A stretch of 64,000 nucleotides of DNA. It comes from Sulfurospirillaceae bacterium (lineage in GTDB: Bacteria > Campylobacterota > Campylobacteria > Campylobacterales > Sulfurospirillaceae). The notes below the pieces were generated by a model. That model was not told where the DNA came from. It ran no database searches and saw only the letters and a list, made by a program, of their open reading frames with translations. Below, piece after piece: positions 42,498 through 52,800 of the stretch. The position numbers were made by a program, and so were the translations under genes. Numbering within the stretch: the stretch's first letter is position 1; every line of letters starts with the position of its first letter. The stretch is taken from NCBI GenBank assembly GCA_033723415.1, contig JAWVXD010000005.1:176486-240485 (forward strand), in the 5' to 3' direction.

Positions 42498-43270
42498 GAG
42501 GCTTTATAAAAAATACTCTATTTGAAAATGAGAAAAATTCAAACTATTATTTTGAGAAACACTTTCATGACACCTACACTATAGGTTTGACATATAGCGG
42601 CTTTTTAAAATCTTACAATTTATCTCAAAATTACGATTCATACCAATACTCTTGCAGAATAAACAATCCCGGAGAGATGCATGGGGGTTGTTCAACAAAC
42701 TGGAATCACGTAAACTTTTATCCAAGAGTTGAACTTCTTGTCAACATATATGAACAGATATTTTTAGAAAAAAGAGTTCCTTTTTTTAGAAAACATATCA
42801 TAGACGATAAAATATTGTTTTTAAAACTGGATATGTTTTTCAACTCTATACAGACCAAAAATGATATGCTGATAGAATCTAATCTCATTGAGGCTTTGTC
42901 ATATCTTGTACTAAATTACACTACTTGCACAAAGAATTTCAAACATATGTTTGATGACAAAAAGATCATCAAAGAAACACTCAATTTTATAAATGAATCT
43001 ATAGAGGATAACATAACCTTGGATTCTTTGGCAAAAAATTCTTCTCTGAGCAAGTTTCACTTTTTGAGAGTATTCAAAAAAGAGCTTGGTATGACACCTC
43101 ACTCTTTTATCATAAACGAGAGGATAAATCGAGCAAATGCTCTCATACAAAACGGTACTCCGATAAGTCTGGCAAGTACGGCAGTAGGATTTAACGATCA
43201 GTCCCACTTTAGCAAAAATTTCAAAAAATATTTTGGCTATTCACCAAAAAAGAGCAATTTTATCCTATAA
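42494..43270 (+). CDS. AraC-family transcriptional regulator
   Basis: Cupin (HFHDTY, NPGEMH) plus C-terminal HTH (LSKFHFLRVFK, GFNDQSHF.K.FK). Confidence 0.92.
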   Translation: MRGFIKNTLFENEKNSNYYFEKHFHDTYTIGLTYSGFLKSYNLSQNYDSYQYSCRINNPGEMHGGCSTNWNHVNFYPRVELLVNIYEQIFLEKRVPFFRKHIIDDKILFLKLDMFFNSIQTKNDMLIESNLIEALSYLVLNYTTCTKNFKHMFDDKKIIKETLNFINESIEDNITLDSLAKNSSLSKFHFLRVFKKELGMTPHSFIINERINRANALIQNGTPISLASTAVGFNDQSHFSKNFKKYFGYSPKKSNFIL

Positions 43271-43326
43271 AAAAATTCTGATTTTTACTATACTTTCTCA
43301 ACTGAATTATTATCAAGGATAACTTT

Positions 43327-44211
43327 ATGCAAGAAACGACAAATAAAAATTTATTTTACATAGCCCTTTTTATCGCAATGATCGGTTGGGGAGCTTCTTG
43401 GGTAAATGTAAAAGTTCTAAGCTCATATATAGATGAGTTCGATATGGTCTTTTTTCGCTTTTCTATCACGGGGCTTACGATGATCCCTATCATCTTGATC
43501 TTGAAAAAATCTTTTAAAATAGACTTGAAAAGTTTCGCTCTTGTAGTGATCGCAAGTATTGCATTTATCACTTACATGAAGTATTTTTTCTTAGGTACAA
43601 AGTTTGGGACAGCCGCGCTCGGTGGTGCACTTGTTACATCTATGATTCCTATAAATACCTTTATATTTTTAGCATTTTTAGGATCAAGAAATGCAACTAA
43701 AAAAGATTATTTTGCCCTTCTATTAGGAGCGATAGGTGTTTTGACCATGCTTGACATCTGGGATTCTCATATCAAAGATATACTTGTGATCCAAAACTTA
43801 TATTTTTTATTGGCTTCTATTTTGTGGCCGATTTTTACGATCATAAGCTCAAAATCCACAAAAATTTCACCTATAGTTTTTAGTTTTTACCTTTATGTAG
43901 TTACAGTTGTCTTAGACGGTGTTTTCTTTGTGAACTTCCACACCATTAATTACGCCGGATTTGATCATATCTTTTGGATAAATCTGCTCAGCATCTCGAT
44001 CTTGGCTTCAACATACTCAAATACGATATATTTCTTAGGAATCGAAAGACTAGGTGCGGGGAATGTGAGCTCATTCATCTTTTTAGTTCCTTTTTCTGCG
44101 ATCGTTCTAAGTGCTATCTTTTTACATGAGCACATCGGTATCTCGATCATTATAGGAACTATTTTGACATTATTTGCAGTGAAGATACTAAACAACATAA
44201 AGTTTAGATAA
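43327..44211 (+). CDS. DMT/EamA family transporter
   Basis: About 10 TM in two EamA repeats (WG.SW, FFRF, FLVPFSA, FLHE). Confidence 0.88.
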   Translation: MQETTNKNLFYIALFIAMIGWGASWVNVKVLSSYIDEFDMVFFRFSITGLTMIPIILILKKSFKIDLKSFALVVIASIAFITYMKYFFLGTKFGTAALGGALVTSMIPINTFIFLAFLGSRNATKKDYFALLLGAIGVLTMLDIWDSHIKDILVIQNLYFLLASILWPIFTIISSKSTKISPIVFSFYLYVVTVVLDGVFFVNFHTINYAGFDHIFWINLLSISILASTYSNTIYFLGIERLGAGNVSSFIFLVPFSAIVLSAIFLHEHIGISIIIGTILTLFAVKILNNIKFR

Positions 44212-44236
44212 ATCAAATATCGGCTATAATTTTAGC

Positions 44237-44815
44237 ATGATACAAAAAGAAAACCACTATGCTTTAGCAAATGATTTCAATAAAAAATGTGAAAATTTCA
44301 CTAGGCTTATATTAAACTACAATAAAATCCACAATATTACCGGAGCTAAGGATGCTTCGGCAATAAAGGCAAATATAGAAGATAGTATATATCCTATAAA
44401 ATTTTTACCTGATGGCATCAAGAACGCTATAGATGTGGGAACCGGAGCAGGATTTCCGGGGCTTCTCTTGGCTATCGCATTGCCACAGATTCATTTTACT
44501 CTTTTTGAGCCTATAAAAAAGAAAAGCTCTTTTTTGCATTTGGCAAAATCTGCATTAAATTTACAAAATGTAGATATAATTTCACAAAGAGTTGAAAAAG
44601 TAGAAGCATTTGACACAGATCTTATATGTTCACGTGCCGTTACAAAAACTGACTTACTTTTGAAAATATGTAAAAATTTTATTTACGACAAAAGCATACT
44701 GCTGTTTTACAAAGGTACAAGCGTAAAAGAAGAGATAAAAGATCTCGTAAATTATGAAATTTACAAAAACGGTAATAGAAATTATCTAATTGTAAAGACT
44801 AAAGGAAATTTTTAA
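44237..44815 (+). CDS. rsmG: 16S rRNA G527 N7-methyltransferase
   Basis: NKIHNIT, DVGTGAGFPG, FEPIKKK..FL, RVE, SRAV, YKG. Confidence 0.94.
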   Translation: MIQKENHYALANDFNKKCENFTRLILNYNKIHNITGAKDASAIKANIEDSIYPIKFLPDGIKNAIDVGTGAGFPGLLLAIALPQIHFTLFEPIKKKSSFLHLAKSALNLQNVDIISQRVEKVEAFDTDLICSRAVTKTDLLLKICKNFIYDKSILLFYKGTSVKEEIKDLVNYEIYKNGNRNYLIVKTKGNF

Positions 44816-45046
44816 ATGATAATGAAATGGTTAATATTTGGCGTTATCGCATGGTTTATATATATAGTATTTTTTAAGGCATCTAGAACATCATCTACTC
44901 CTCCTCCCAAAAGCGATAAAAAGAAAAAGATAGACGGTGATACGATGATAGAATGTCCGAAATGCTCCGTGTTCGTCAGTGAGAGAGATGCGATCATAAA
45001 AGACGGTAAATTTTACTGTTCCAAAGAGTGTGCAGGACTAAAATAA
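44816..45046 (+). CDS. PP0621-like small membrane Zn-binding protein
   Basis: N-terminal TM, MIECPKC..FV, FYCSKEC. Confidence 0.75.
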   Translation: MIMKWLIFGVIAWFIYIVFFKASRTSSTPPPKSDKKKKIDGDTMIECPKCSVFVSERDAIIKDGKFYCSKECAGLK

Positions 45047-45405
45047 TGCAGATATTTAACCACCCTTTCATTGAATGTCGCAAATTTTACGAAATCAAAA
45101 CACTAGAAGATATAAAAAAAACTCCTTCAAATTCTGTACTTTTGAGTGATTTCGACAAAAAGATCATCACATATTGCAAGACCCAAAATCTTGTCTTTGG
45201 AGTAAGAATTGCATCGGTTAAAGAGTTAGTCTTGGCGGCTGCTTCAAACGCATCCTATCTTCTTGTAAATAAAGATTTTGCAAAAACGGCACAGCAGATT
45301 GCAGACGAATATATGTACGATGCGAAGATACTGCTGATAAGCGATGATGAAGAAGATATAGAATTTTGTGCCTTAAACGGCATAGACGGGATATTTTTTA
45401 CTTAA
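45046..45405 (+). CDS. hypothetical protein
   Basis: ATG overlaps the upstream TAA (TAATG); 119 aa ending GIDGIFFT. Confidence 0.7.
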   Translation: MQIFNHPFIECRKFYEIKTLEDIKKTPSNSVLLSDFDKKIITYCKTQNLVFGVRIASVKELVLAAASNASYLLVNKDFAKTAQQIADEYMYDAKILLISDDEEDIEFCALNGIDGIFFT

Positions 45406-45424
45406 AGGTTTCAAGGTCGCTTGC

Positions 45425-46072
45425 GTGAATCCGGATATCAACGATTTTTCCACAACAGAAGAGATCTGGCATGCATTGACGCATGGTGTAGGTCTGATCT
45501 TGAGTATAGCAGGATTGGTTATACTGATAATAGCCTCTGCTCTGCATTCTAATGCCATCGGTATCACTGCCTCTACGATATACGGTTCTACTTTGATCAT
45601 CATGTACGGTTCATCCACGCTCTATCACGCAAGCAAAAAACAGAAGATAAAAAAAATTTTCCAAACTTTCGACCACGCATCGATTTACTTTTTGATAGCA
45701 GGAACCTATACGCCTATGACGCTTGTCACACTAAACGGCGGTTGGGGTTGGAGTTTTTTCGGAGTCAGTTGGGGCATCGCAGCATTTGGCACCCTTTTGA
45801 AGTTTTTATATCCGAGACGCTTTGAGAGATTGTCTCTGCTTTTGTATGTGGTCATGGGCTGGATGCTCATCATAGCTGCAGACCCGATTCTACACTCCAT
45901 GCCCACAGGCGGCTTGATCTTGCTTCTCATCGGTGGACTCTTTTACAGTTTCGGTATCATATTTTATGTCAAAGACAATAAAAACTTTTTTCATACGATC
46001 TGGCACTTCTTTGTACTAGCAGGCAGTATCTCTCACTACTTCATGACACTTTTTTACATCATCCTAAAATAA
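45425..46072 (+). CDS. hemolysin III / PAQR family membrane protein
   Basis: EEIWHALTHG, SSTLYH, FDHASIYFLIAGTYTP, HTIWHFFVLAGS..H. Confidence 0.93.
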   Translation: MNPDINDFSTTEEIWHALTHGVGLILSIAGLVILIIASALHSNAIGITASTIYGSTLIIMYGSSTLYHASKKQKIKKIFQTFDHASIYFLIAGTYTPMTLVTLNGGWGWSFFGVSWGIAAFGTLLKFLYPRRFERLSLLLYVVMGWMLIIAADPILHSMPTGGLILLLIGGLFYSFGIIFYVKDNKNFFHTIWHFFVLAGSISHYFMTLFYIILK

Positions 46073-46087
46073 TAGACTCTTTCAATT

Positions 46088-46807
46088 TCACATACTCCCG
46101 CTCAACTTATAACCGATACCGTAAATGCTCTCGATTACGACATCAGGGATCTTCTTTTTCAATCGCACGATCATATTACGTACGTTATCTTTTTTTATAT
46201 CTTCATTATTCAGATAAAAATGATTGACTATGTTATCTGTAGTACACGTATAACCAAGATTTTCAAGCAGTACTTCGATCAGCAATACATCATATTTCGC
46301 AAGATCAAGCTGTTTGCCCTTATACAAAAGAGCTTTCTTCTTTTTGTTCCATTCAAGCGAGGCACTCACTTGTAAGATTGCATCATGATCTGATACAAAT
46401 AAGTCACTGACTTTATTTAGAACTGCCAGCATGTTCTGCGTACCGACAGGTTTTGGGGCAAAATGCAAAATACCGAGATTTATAAATTCTATCAAATACT
46501 CAGGTTTCTGATGTGCCGATATCACTATAAAGATCTGATCATCGTTTTCTTTTTTGATCGCCTTGATAAGCTCCATACCATTAAATTTTGGCATCTCGCA
46601 ATCTGTCATTACGATATCGTAGAATTTACCGCTTGTATCTTTAAAATCAAGATACGCTTTCAATCCTTCTTCACCGTTTGAAGCGGTCGTTACTTTTTTA
46701 AAGTAATCACTTAAGATCGAAGAGAGTCTCTTTTGAAGTGGAAGATAATCTTCAACAAAAAGAATCGTCAGATCTTTGCATTTTTCATATAATTTTTGTG
46801 CCATCAT
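46088..46807 (-). CDS. OmpR-family response regulator
   Basis: REC domain (FVEDY, MTDCEMP, ISAH, PKP) plus winged helix ending YGIGYKL. Confidence 0.88.
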   Translation of the reverse strand: MMAQKLYEKCKDLTILFVEDYLPLQKRLSSILSDYFKKVTTASNGEEGLKAYLDFKDTSGKFYDIVMTDCEMPKFNGMELIKAIKKENDDQIFIVISAHQKPEYLIEFINLGILHFAPKPVGTQNMLAVLNKVSDLFVSDHDAILQVSASLEWNKKKKALLYKGKQLDLAKYDVLLIEVLLENLGYTCTTDNIVNHFYLNNEDIKKDNVRNMIVRLKKKIPDVVIESIYGIGYKLSGSM

Positions 46808-48087
46808 TTATCACCGTATAAAATAATCTCAAAACACACCCCATCTCTAGTATTGCTTACATTTAGCATTCCAGAGCTGTGATTTTCGATCACTATCTTA
46901 GAGATATAAAGTCCTAGTCCAGTGCCGTTTTTCTCAGTTTTTGTAGAAAAATATGGATCAAAGATCTTCTCTAAAACACTCTCCTCAATACCGCCGCCGT
47001 TATCACAGATCTTAATGCTAAACTGATTTTCATGTTCGTCTGCACTAATACGTATCTGGCGATTTGTTACCTTTTTTTCTACGAAATTATCGATACTATT
47101 CTTCACAATATTTAAAACGACTTGCATGACCTCATACGTATAGATATGAAGGCTACTGGTCGTATTGATATCTATTTCAACATCCACGCTCTCTCTTCTA
47201 GTCGTCGTATCCAGGATATTTAAAGCCTTCTCTATCGGTATGTTCAAAGTCGTAACTTCTTTTTCTTTATTCGGCTTGAAGAAATTTGTAAAATCTTCTA
47301 TTGTGCCGGTGAGATACTGGGTATATCTATCTATGTCACTCAAACTCTCTTCTAAAAATTTCAAAAAAGTCTTTTGTGATGCTTGGTCATTTAAATCAAA
47401 CTTTTTCAAATCGATCTTATTTTGAATATCAAATGCCGTCATGTCGATGACGCTGAGCGGTTGTCGCCACTGATGCGCTATCATACTGATCATCTCTCCC
47501 ATCTGAGCTAGTCTTGATTGCTGAAGTAAGAGTTGTTCTTTTTTGTGTATCTCTAGGATACTCGCAGCAACTCGGTCTTGAAGAGAATGATTTAGTTCTT
47601 GTAATTCATGATGAACATTTAAAAGTTCTTTTTCTGCCTTTTTTTGAGCTCTCATATCTATTCCTATAAAAATTGTTGCATCATCCAACAAATTGACATT
47701 GATCCACCTACAAGGGATAAGTTCTCCACTTTTTGACATCGGACTCATCTCTTGATAATGGGACTCTTTTTTTGAGCTAAATGCATCTAAAAATATAGCT
47801 TGATCTTTAGGATCAGGGAAAAAAAGAGCGCTGGTATTTTCATGTGCGTTGAGTTCCTCTATCGTCCATCCAAATACTCTCTCACACTCTTTGTTCCACA
47901 GATAACAACGCCCGTTGCCATCAAAAGCATCAATAAAGATCGGAGCAATATCAAAAAGCATCGTAAAATGTTCTTCTCTGAATTTTAAGTTTTTTTCGAT
48001 ACCTTCTCGATCCGTAATATCTCTTTTTAACCTCACGATCCAAAAAATCAGCAATATGATAATAAATAGTAAAATTGTTGCAAGCAC
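46804..48087 (-). CDS. PAS-domain sensor histidine kinase
   Basis: Single N-terminal TM, PAS (WNKECERVFGWT.EE), IAHQWRQPL, DNGGGI, GTGLGL. Confidence 0.9.
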   Translation of the reverse strand: MLATILLFIIILLIFWIVRLKRDITDREGIEKNLKFREEHFTMLFDIAPIFIDAFDGNGRCYLWNKECERVFGWTIEELNAHENTSALFFPDPKDQAIFLDAFSSKKESHYQEMSPMSKSGELIPCRWINVNLLDDATIFIGIDMRAQKKAEKELLNVHHELQELNHSLQDRVAASILEIHKKEQLLLQQSRLAQMGEMISMIAHQWRQPLSVIDMTAFDIQNKIDLKKFDLNDQASQKTFLKFLEESLSDIDRYTQYLTGTIEDFTNFFKPNKEKEVTTLNIPIEKALNILDTTTRRESVDVEIDINTTSSLHIYTYEVMQVVLNIVKNSIDNFVEKKVTNRQIRISADEHENQFSIKICDNGGGIEESVLEKIFDPYFSTKTEKNGTGLGLYISKIVIENHSSGMLNVSNTRDGVCFEIILYGDK

Positions 48088-48123
48088 ATTCTCTCTCCTA
48101 TCAAGTATTAATCATATTTTATC

Positions 48124-49803
48124 TTAAAACACCATAGATAATCTAGCAAAAACTTTGTCCGCTGAAGTACTGAGTTCTGCCGTAGGCTGTGAATCCACTC
48201 CAAAACCATGCGCATACGATACACTTAACGACATAGCTCTATATGTTGCACTATAGCTAATGCCGATGTCGTTCAATCTTCTGACATTGTTAGCCGATCC
48301 ACTTATATTAGAAGCGTTTTGCCAAACTTTTGCACTATCCAAGAAAAGAGAGGATTGTTGCTGTAGATTTTGCATTGAAGGCAAAGCATAGATTGCTTCG
48401 AGAGAGAACAACACTCCTTTGTCACCCGATAACTCATTGGTCGTGTAAGCTCTCAATCCATAGGCCCCACCGACTGAAAAATCTTCACTTGAATCCAAGT
48501 TTTTGTTGAAGCTTGTCTGAGCACTTAGAGTCATCTTGAGCGTTGTCTTTTGATCAAGATACAAAGAATTCGTCATATTTAAGAGGGCTTTATTGAAGTT
48601 TCCCGCTGAGTTGAGAGTTGCGTCATTGTATATCGCTGCTGCATTATCAAGTATGCTTTGCCCTCTTGTAAACGAGATATCTGCACTAAAACGGTTTGGT
48701 TTAGAGAAAAAATTTCCATTATGAGATCCCTCAAGAGATAAGATGATTGCATTGACATGTTTTTTTGCATCACTGCCACTCATCCAGTCAGACATACCGG
48801 TATGTGAAAGAGTACCTTTGAGATTGAGCTCCGTGACTCGCGTCTTGATCATAGGATAAGACAGACCTGCTGTAAACATAGAAGTATCTCCATGAGCATC
48901 CAGTGATTTATAGATATCACCTATAGTATATTTTGTGACACTGGCACTGATATCAGCTTTAAGCCCAGAAATTCCAAGCGGAAGTGAGTATTTGGCTTGA
49001 GCATTTTTTAATTCACTGCTAAAAGACTCTAATCCTATGATTTGAAGCCTATCTCCTAAACCGGTTGGCGAGTTGATCATCTCCATTGCAGTGACTCTTC
49101 CTTCTCCTGTTGCTTTGCTGCCGTAATTGTCTACAAATAGATAGCTATTAAATCTTTTTGTAGCTTCTATGTCGATATTAAAATCACTCTGCCCTATCTT
49201 CTTCCCAGGTCCAATCTGAATATTTGTGATCTTAGCACCTGAAAGATCATTGATAAGCAGCATCTGATGTTCCATAGAACTAAGGGAGATCACGTGAGCT
49301 TTCTTGAGAGCATTTAGATGATTTTGGAGAATCGCTGTTTTGACTAAAGATGTATTATTTAGATTAAAGCTACCGTAGTTCCCTTCTATGATCATGATCA
49401 CTACCGTATTGTTTTTGATCGTTTGTGCAGGAACATAAGCGCGTGATACAAAGTAACCATGGTCACGATAATACTTTGTAATGACATCGGCTACCTTTTT
49501 TATCTGTGACAGAGTAAGCTCGTTGTTTTCATAAGACTTGATAAGCTCATGTAATAACGCTGAAGGAAATACCGTATTGCCTTTAATAATAAAATGCTTT
49601 ACTAAGATCTTAACACCGCCTTTACCTGAGATCGCAGGGGCATACTCTTGTGTTTGTACCTTAGGCAGCTCTTTTGGAACAGGGGAAAGTACGGGAGATT
49701 TGACCTGTTGGAGTATATTTCCTGAATTTGGGATCGACGCGGCAAAAGCTACTGTCGAGATCATAAATAAAAATACGATGCTTTTAAGTATCATCTTTTT
49801 CAT
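48124..49803 (-). CDS. TpsB (ShlB/FhaC/HecB family) outer membrane transporter
   Basis: POTRA (GNTVF, ITKYYRDHGYFVSRAYVPAQ, IEG), DNYG, GGAYGLRAY, terminal F. Confidence 0.92.
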   Translation of the reverse strand: MKKMILKSIVFLFMISTVAFAASIPNSGNILQQVKSPVLSPVPKELPKVQTQEYAPAISGKGGVKILVKHFIIKGNTVFPSALLHELIKSYENNELTLSQIKKVADVITKYYRDHGYFVSRAYVPAQTIKNNTVVIMIIEGNYGSFNLNNTSLVKTAILQNHLNALKKAHVISLSSMEHQMLLINDLSGAKITNIQIGPGKKIGQSDFNIDIEATKRFNSYLFVDNYGSKATGEGRVTAMEMINSPTGLGDRLQIIGLESFSSELKNAQAKYSLPLGISGLKADISASVTKYTIGDIYKSLDAHGDTSMFTAGLSYPMIKTRVTELNLKGTLSHTGMSDWMSGSDAKKHVNAIILSLEGSHNGNFFSKPNRFSADISFTRGQSILDNAAAIYNDATLNSAGNFNKALLNMTNSLYLDQKTTLKMTLSAQTSFNKNLDSSEDFSVGGAYGLRAYTTNELSGDKGVLFSLEAIYALPSMQNLQQQSSLFLDSAKVWQNASNISGSANNVRRLNDIGISYSATYRAMSLSVSYAHGFGVDSQPTAELSTSADKVFARLSMVF

Positions 49804-49805
49804 TT

Positions 49806-52800
49806 TTAGTTTCCTTTTTGTAAGTTTATTGTATAAAGTTCATGACTCAAACCTGCGGGAAGGTGGATACCTTCACCGATAACTCGAATCGGTAGATTAG
49901 AGAACAAATGCGTTGCTAAATTATGATGCATATTCGTCATGCCTGATGTTAATGTTGGTACTCCTTGATTATAGAATGCCGTTCCATTTTTCACAGGAGT
50001 AACCACACCTTGAAATCCTGTCGGTTCTTTGATACTCAGGAAGAGTCCACTTCCATAATCCCATGACGTGGTGTAGTTAGAGGCAAGATCACTGCCATAA
50101 TTTAGCGTGAACATATTTGGTGTCGTGTATGCATAAGTGCCCATCGGTGTTGTATTTGTTATAGCACTTCCCCACTCTAAACTACAATCTCCTTGTACGC
50201 AACCGTTGATACTATAGGCTCCACTTAGTGAAGGATTCGGCTGCAATGCTACTTTATCCAAGGAATTGTTCAAGGTAACACTTAGCGGTGCCGGTGTGAT
50301 ACTCAATGTTCCGGAACCATAAGATATAATATACCCTTGCTGATTTGAGTAAAGACCTGATGGGGTTATCGTATAGGTTCCTACATTTTTATCGGTTCCG
50401 TAACTTGGCGTTCCAAAAAGATTGGCATTTGGAGTTGTGGAGTAAGTGACTCCGTTTGGATTGGAGTAAACGTTTCCGTCATAAGTTTTAGTTGCATCCT
50501 TTGCCGTCACGGTTAAAGGAGTCATAAAGACTCTTAGAAGCGGTCTTGTGTGTCCTTCATAGAGTATCCAGTTATTTGTGAAGTCAAAGCCTGTGTAGCT
50601 TGATTGGGTAAAGGCATTGATAGTGCTTGTGCTACTATGAACTCCTATGAGGTTTGTGATGGTTCCACTATTGGAACCAAATCCAACTGAGGTACCAGTT
50701 GTATCTATATCCCAATAACTATTATTAATTACTCCATTCGTATTGCCTGCGACCAAACCACCAATATAGTAACGGCCACTAGTGATATGACCTGTTGCAT
50801 AACTATCTGTAATTGAACCATAAGAGTGTCCAACCAAACCACCTGCATAATCATTAGTAGTAGTGACACTTCCTGTTGCATAACTATTTATGATTTCACT
50901 GCTAGCACTACCGTTTTCTCCAACTAAACCACCCACATAATCACGGCCGCTTACGTTTCCAGTTGCATAACTATTTTCAATCTTTCTCGAGTTATATCCA
51001 ACTAAACCACCAGTATTATTAGCATTTCCTTCTACATTTGAGGTGGAATAAGAATTTTTAATTGTATTTTCACTTGAACCTACTAAACCGCCTACAGAAC
51101 TAGTTCCAGATACCTTCCCTGTTGTAAAACTATTATTAATAGTTAGAGTATTCCAGCCAACTAAACCACCCGTATAATTTTGACCCGTAATATCTACATT
51201 TTTAAGTCCGATATTTTGTATCGTTAAATTAGAATTAATAAAACCAAATAATCCTATAAAATTAGTTGTTCCTCTATCTATAAAAAGATTTGATATCGTA
51301 TGTCCTAGTCCATCAAAACCTCCAGTAAATTGACTTGATTGATTCCCAATGGGATTAAACCCACGACTGCTCCACATATCTCCGCTGTATGTTATATCGT
51401 TTGCTAACGTGTAAGATGCACCTAAGTCCATTGCCATAAGTTGCAGTTGATGGTCATTGGTGATCGTCGTAGAGTATTCACTTCTTAAAAACGGTCGGGT
51501 TTGTCCATCTATCATAAACCAGTCATTTGTAAAATCAAAGCCTGTGTAGGCTGCTTGAGTAAAGGCATCTGGGGTTGTTGTTGTGCTGTGAACTCCCGTA
51601 GTTCCTGTAGAACTTCCATATCCTATTCCATTACTTCGACCTGTAGTATCGATATCCCAGTGACTGTTTGAAACAGTTCCTATGTTATATCCAACCAATC
51701 CTCCAACAGTAGTAGTCCCGGATACACTTCCTATGGCATAGCTATTTATAATCTTATTAGAGCTGCTATTAGCAAATCCAACTAAACCCCCTACATAAGT
51801 AGTGCCACTTACCTTGCCTGTCGCATAGGTGTTATTAAGCACATTATCTTGGACATATCCTCCAAGACCACCAACCGAAGTAGTTCCACTTACGTTTCCT
51901 GTTGCAAAGCTATTTGTAATTGAAGTGCTAGAAGATAATCCAACTAAACCACCGACTTTCTCTCTTCCAATCACATTAAGCATAGCATAGCTATTTTTAA
52001 TGGACGAGCGATAAGAGTATCCAACCAAACCACCTATATAATCCAAGCCGTGTACACTTCCTCCTACCAAACCGATATTTTGAATACGCGAACCGATACC
52101 CGTAAAGCCAAAGAGTCCTTGAATAGAAGAGCTTGGTCTGTCGATCGTCAAACCATTGATGATATGACCAAGCCCGTCAAATATACCTGTGAACCTCGTA
52201 GAACTATTCCCAATAGGAACAAACCCAGCCCCAGAGCTCCAAGAAGAAGTCGCGCTTGCATCTATATTTGAACCCAATACATACTTTCCTGATAAATTTC
52301 CTCTCATCCCTTGCAGATCTGTTCCAGTCGTCGACCCTTGCGCGCCTAAAGCATCTATGATGGTATAATGAATCAAAGAGCCTGTTGATTTATACTTAGT
52401 AGAAAAACTTCCCGTTGTTGCCAGATTGATCGGATCATGTATATTGTAAGTTCCTGTCGGTGTTATTTGCGCATAGAGCAAAGAGAGCCCTGCTGTATTG
52501 GTCGCATTTAAAGTCGCGTTGATAAAGATGTCATTTCCTGCATTTAAAGTAAGAAGACTTTGTGTCCAATCTATCGTTTGGTTCACATTGATATTATTAT
52601 CTGCCTGCAGTGTCACATTGGTTCCACCATTTAAAGCTGTTGCTATAGTACCGGCGTTTATGCTTGAACCGGCTAAGTCTGTGCCTCCACTTGATTGGAT
52701 CGTGATATCAGTAGGGTCAAGCAACCAAGTTTTTGCTTTTATATCTACGGTACCTGCTATAGATAGATCGGTTCCAGATGTTTCTATAGCACCGTCTTTG

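Noticed and set aside
45425..46072. Hemolysin III as a toxin linked to the TPS locus
   Set aside because: Widespread PAQR-family membrane protein, transcribed convergently to the TPS operon
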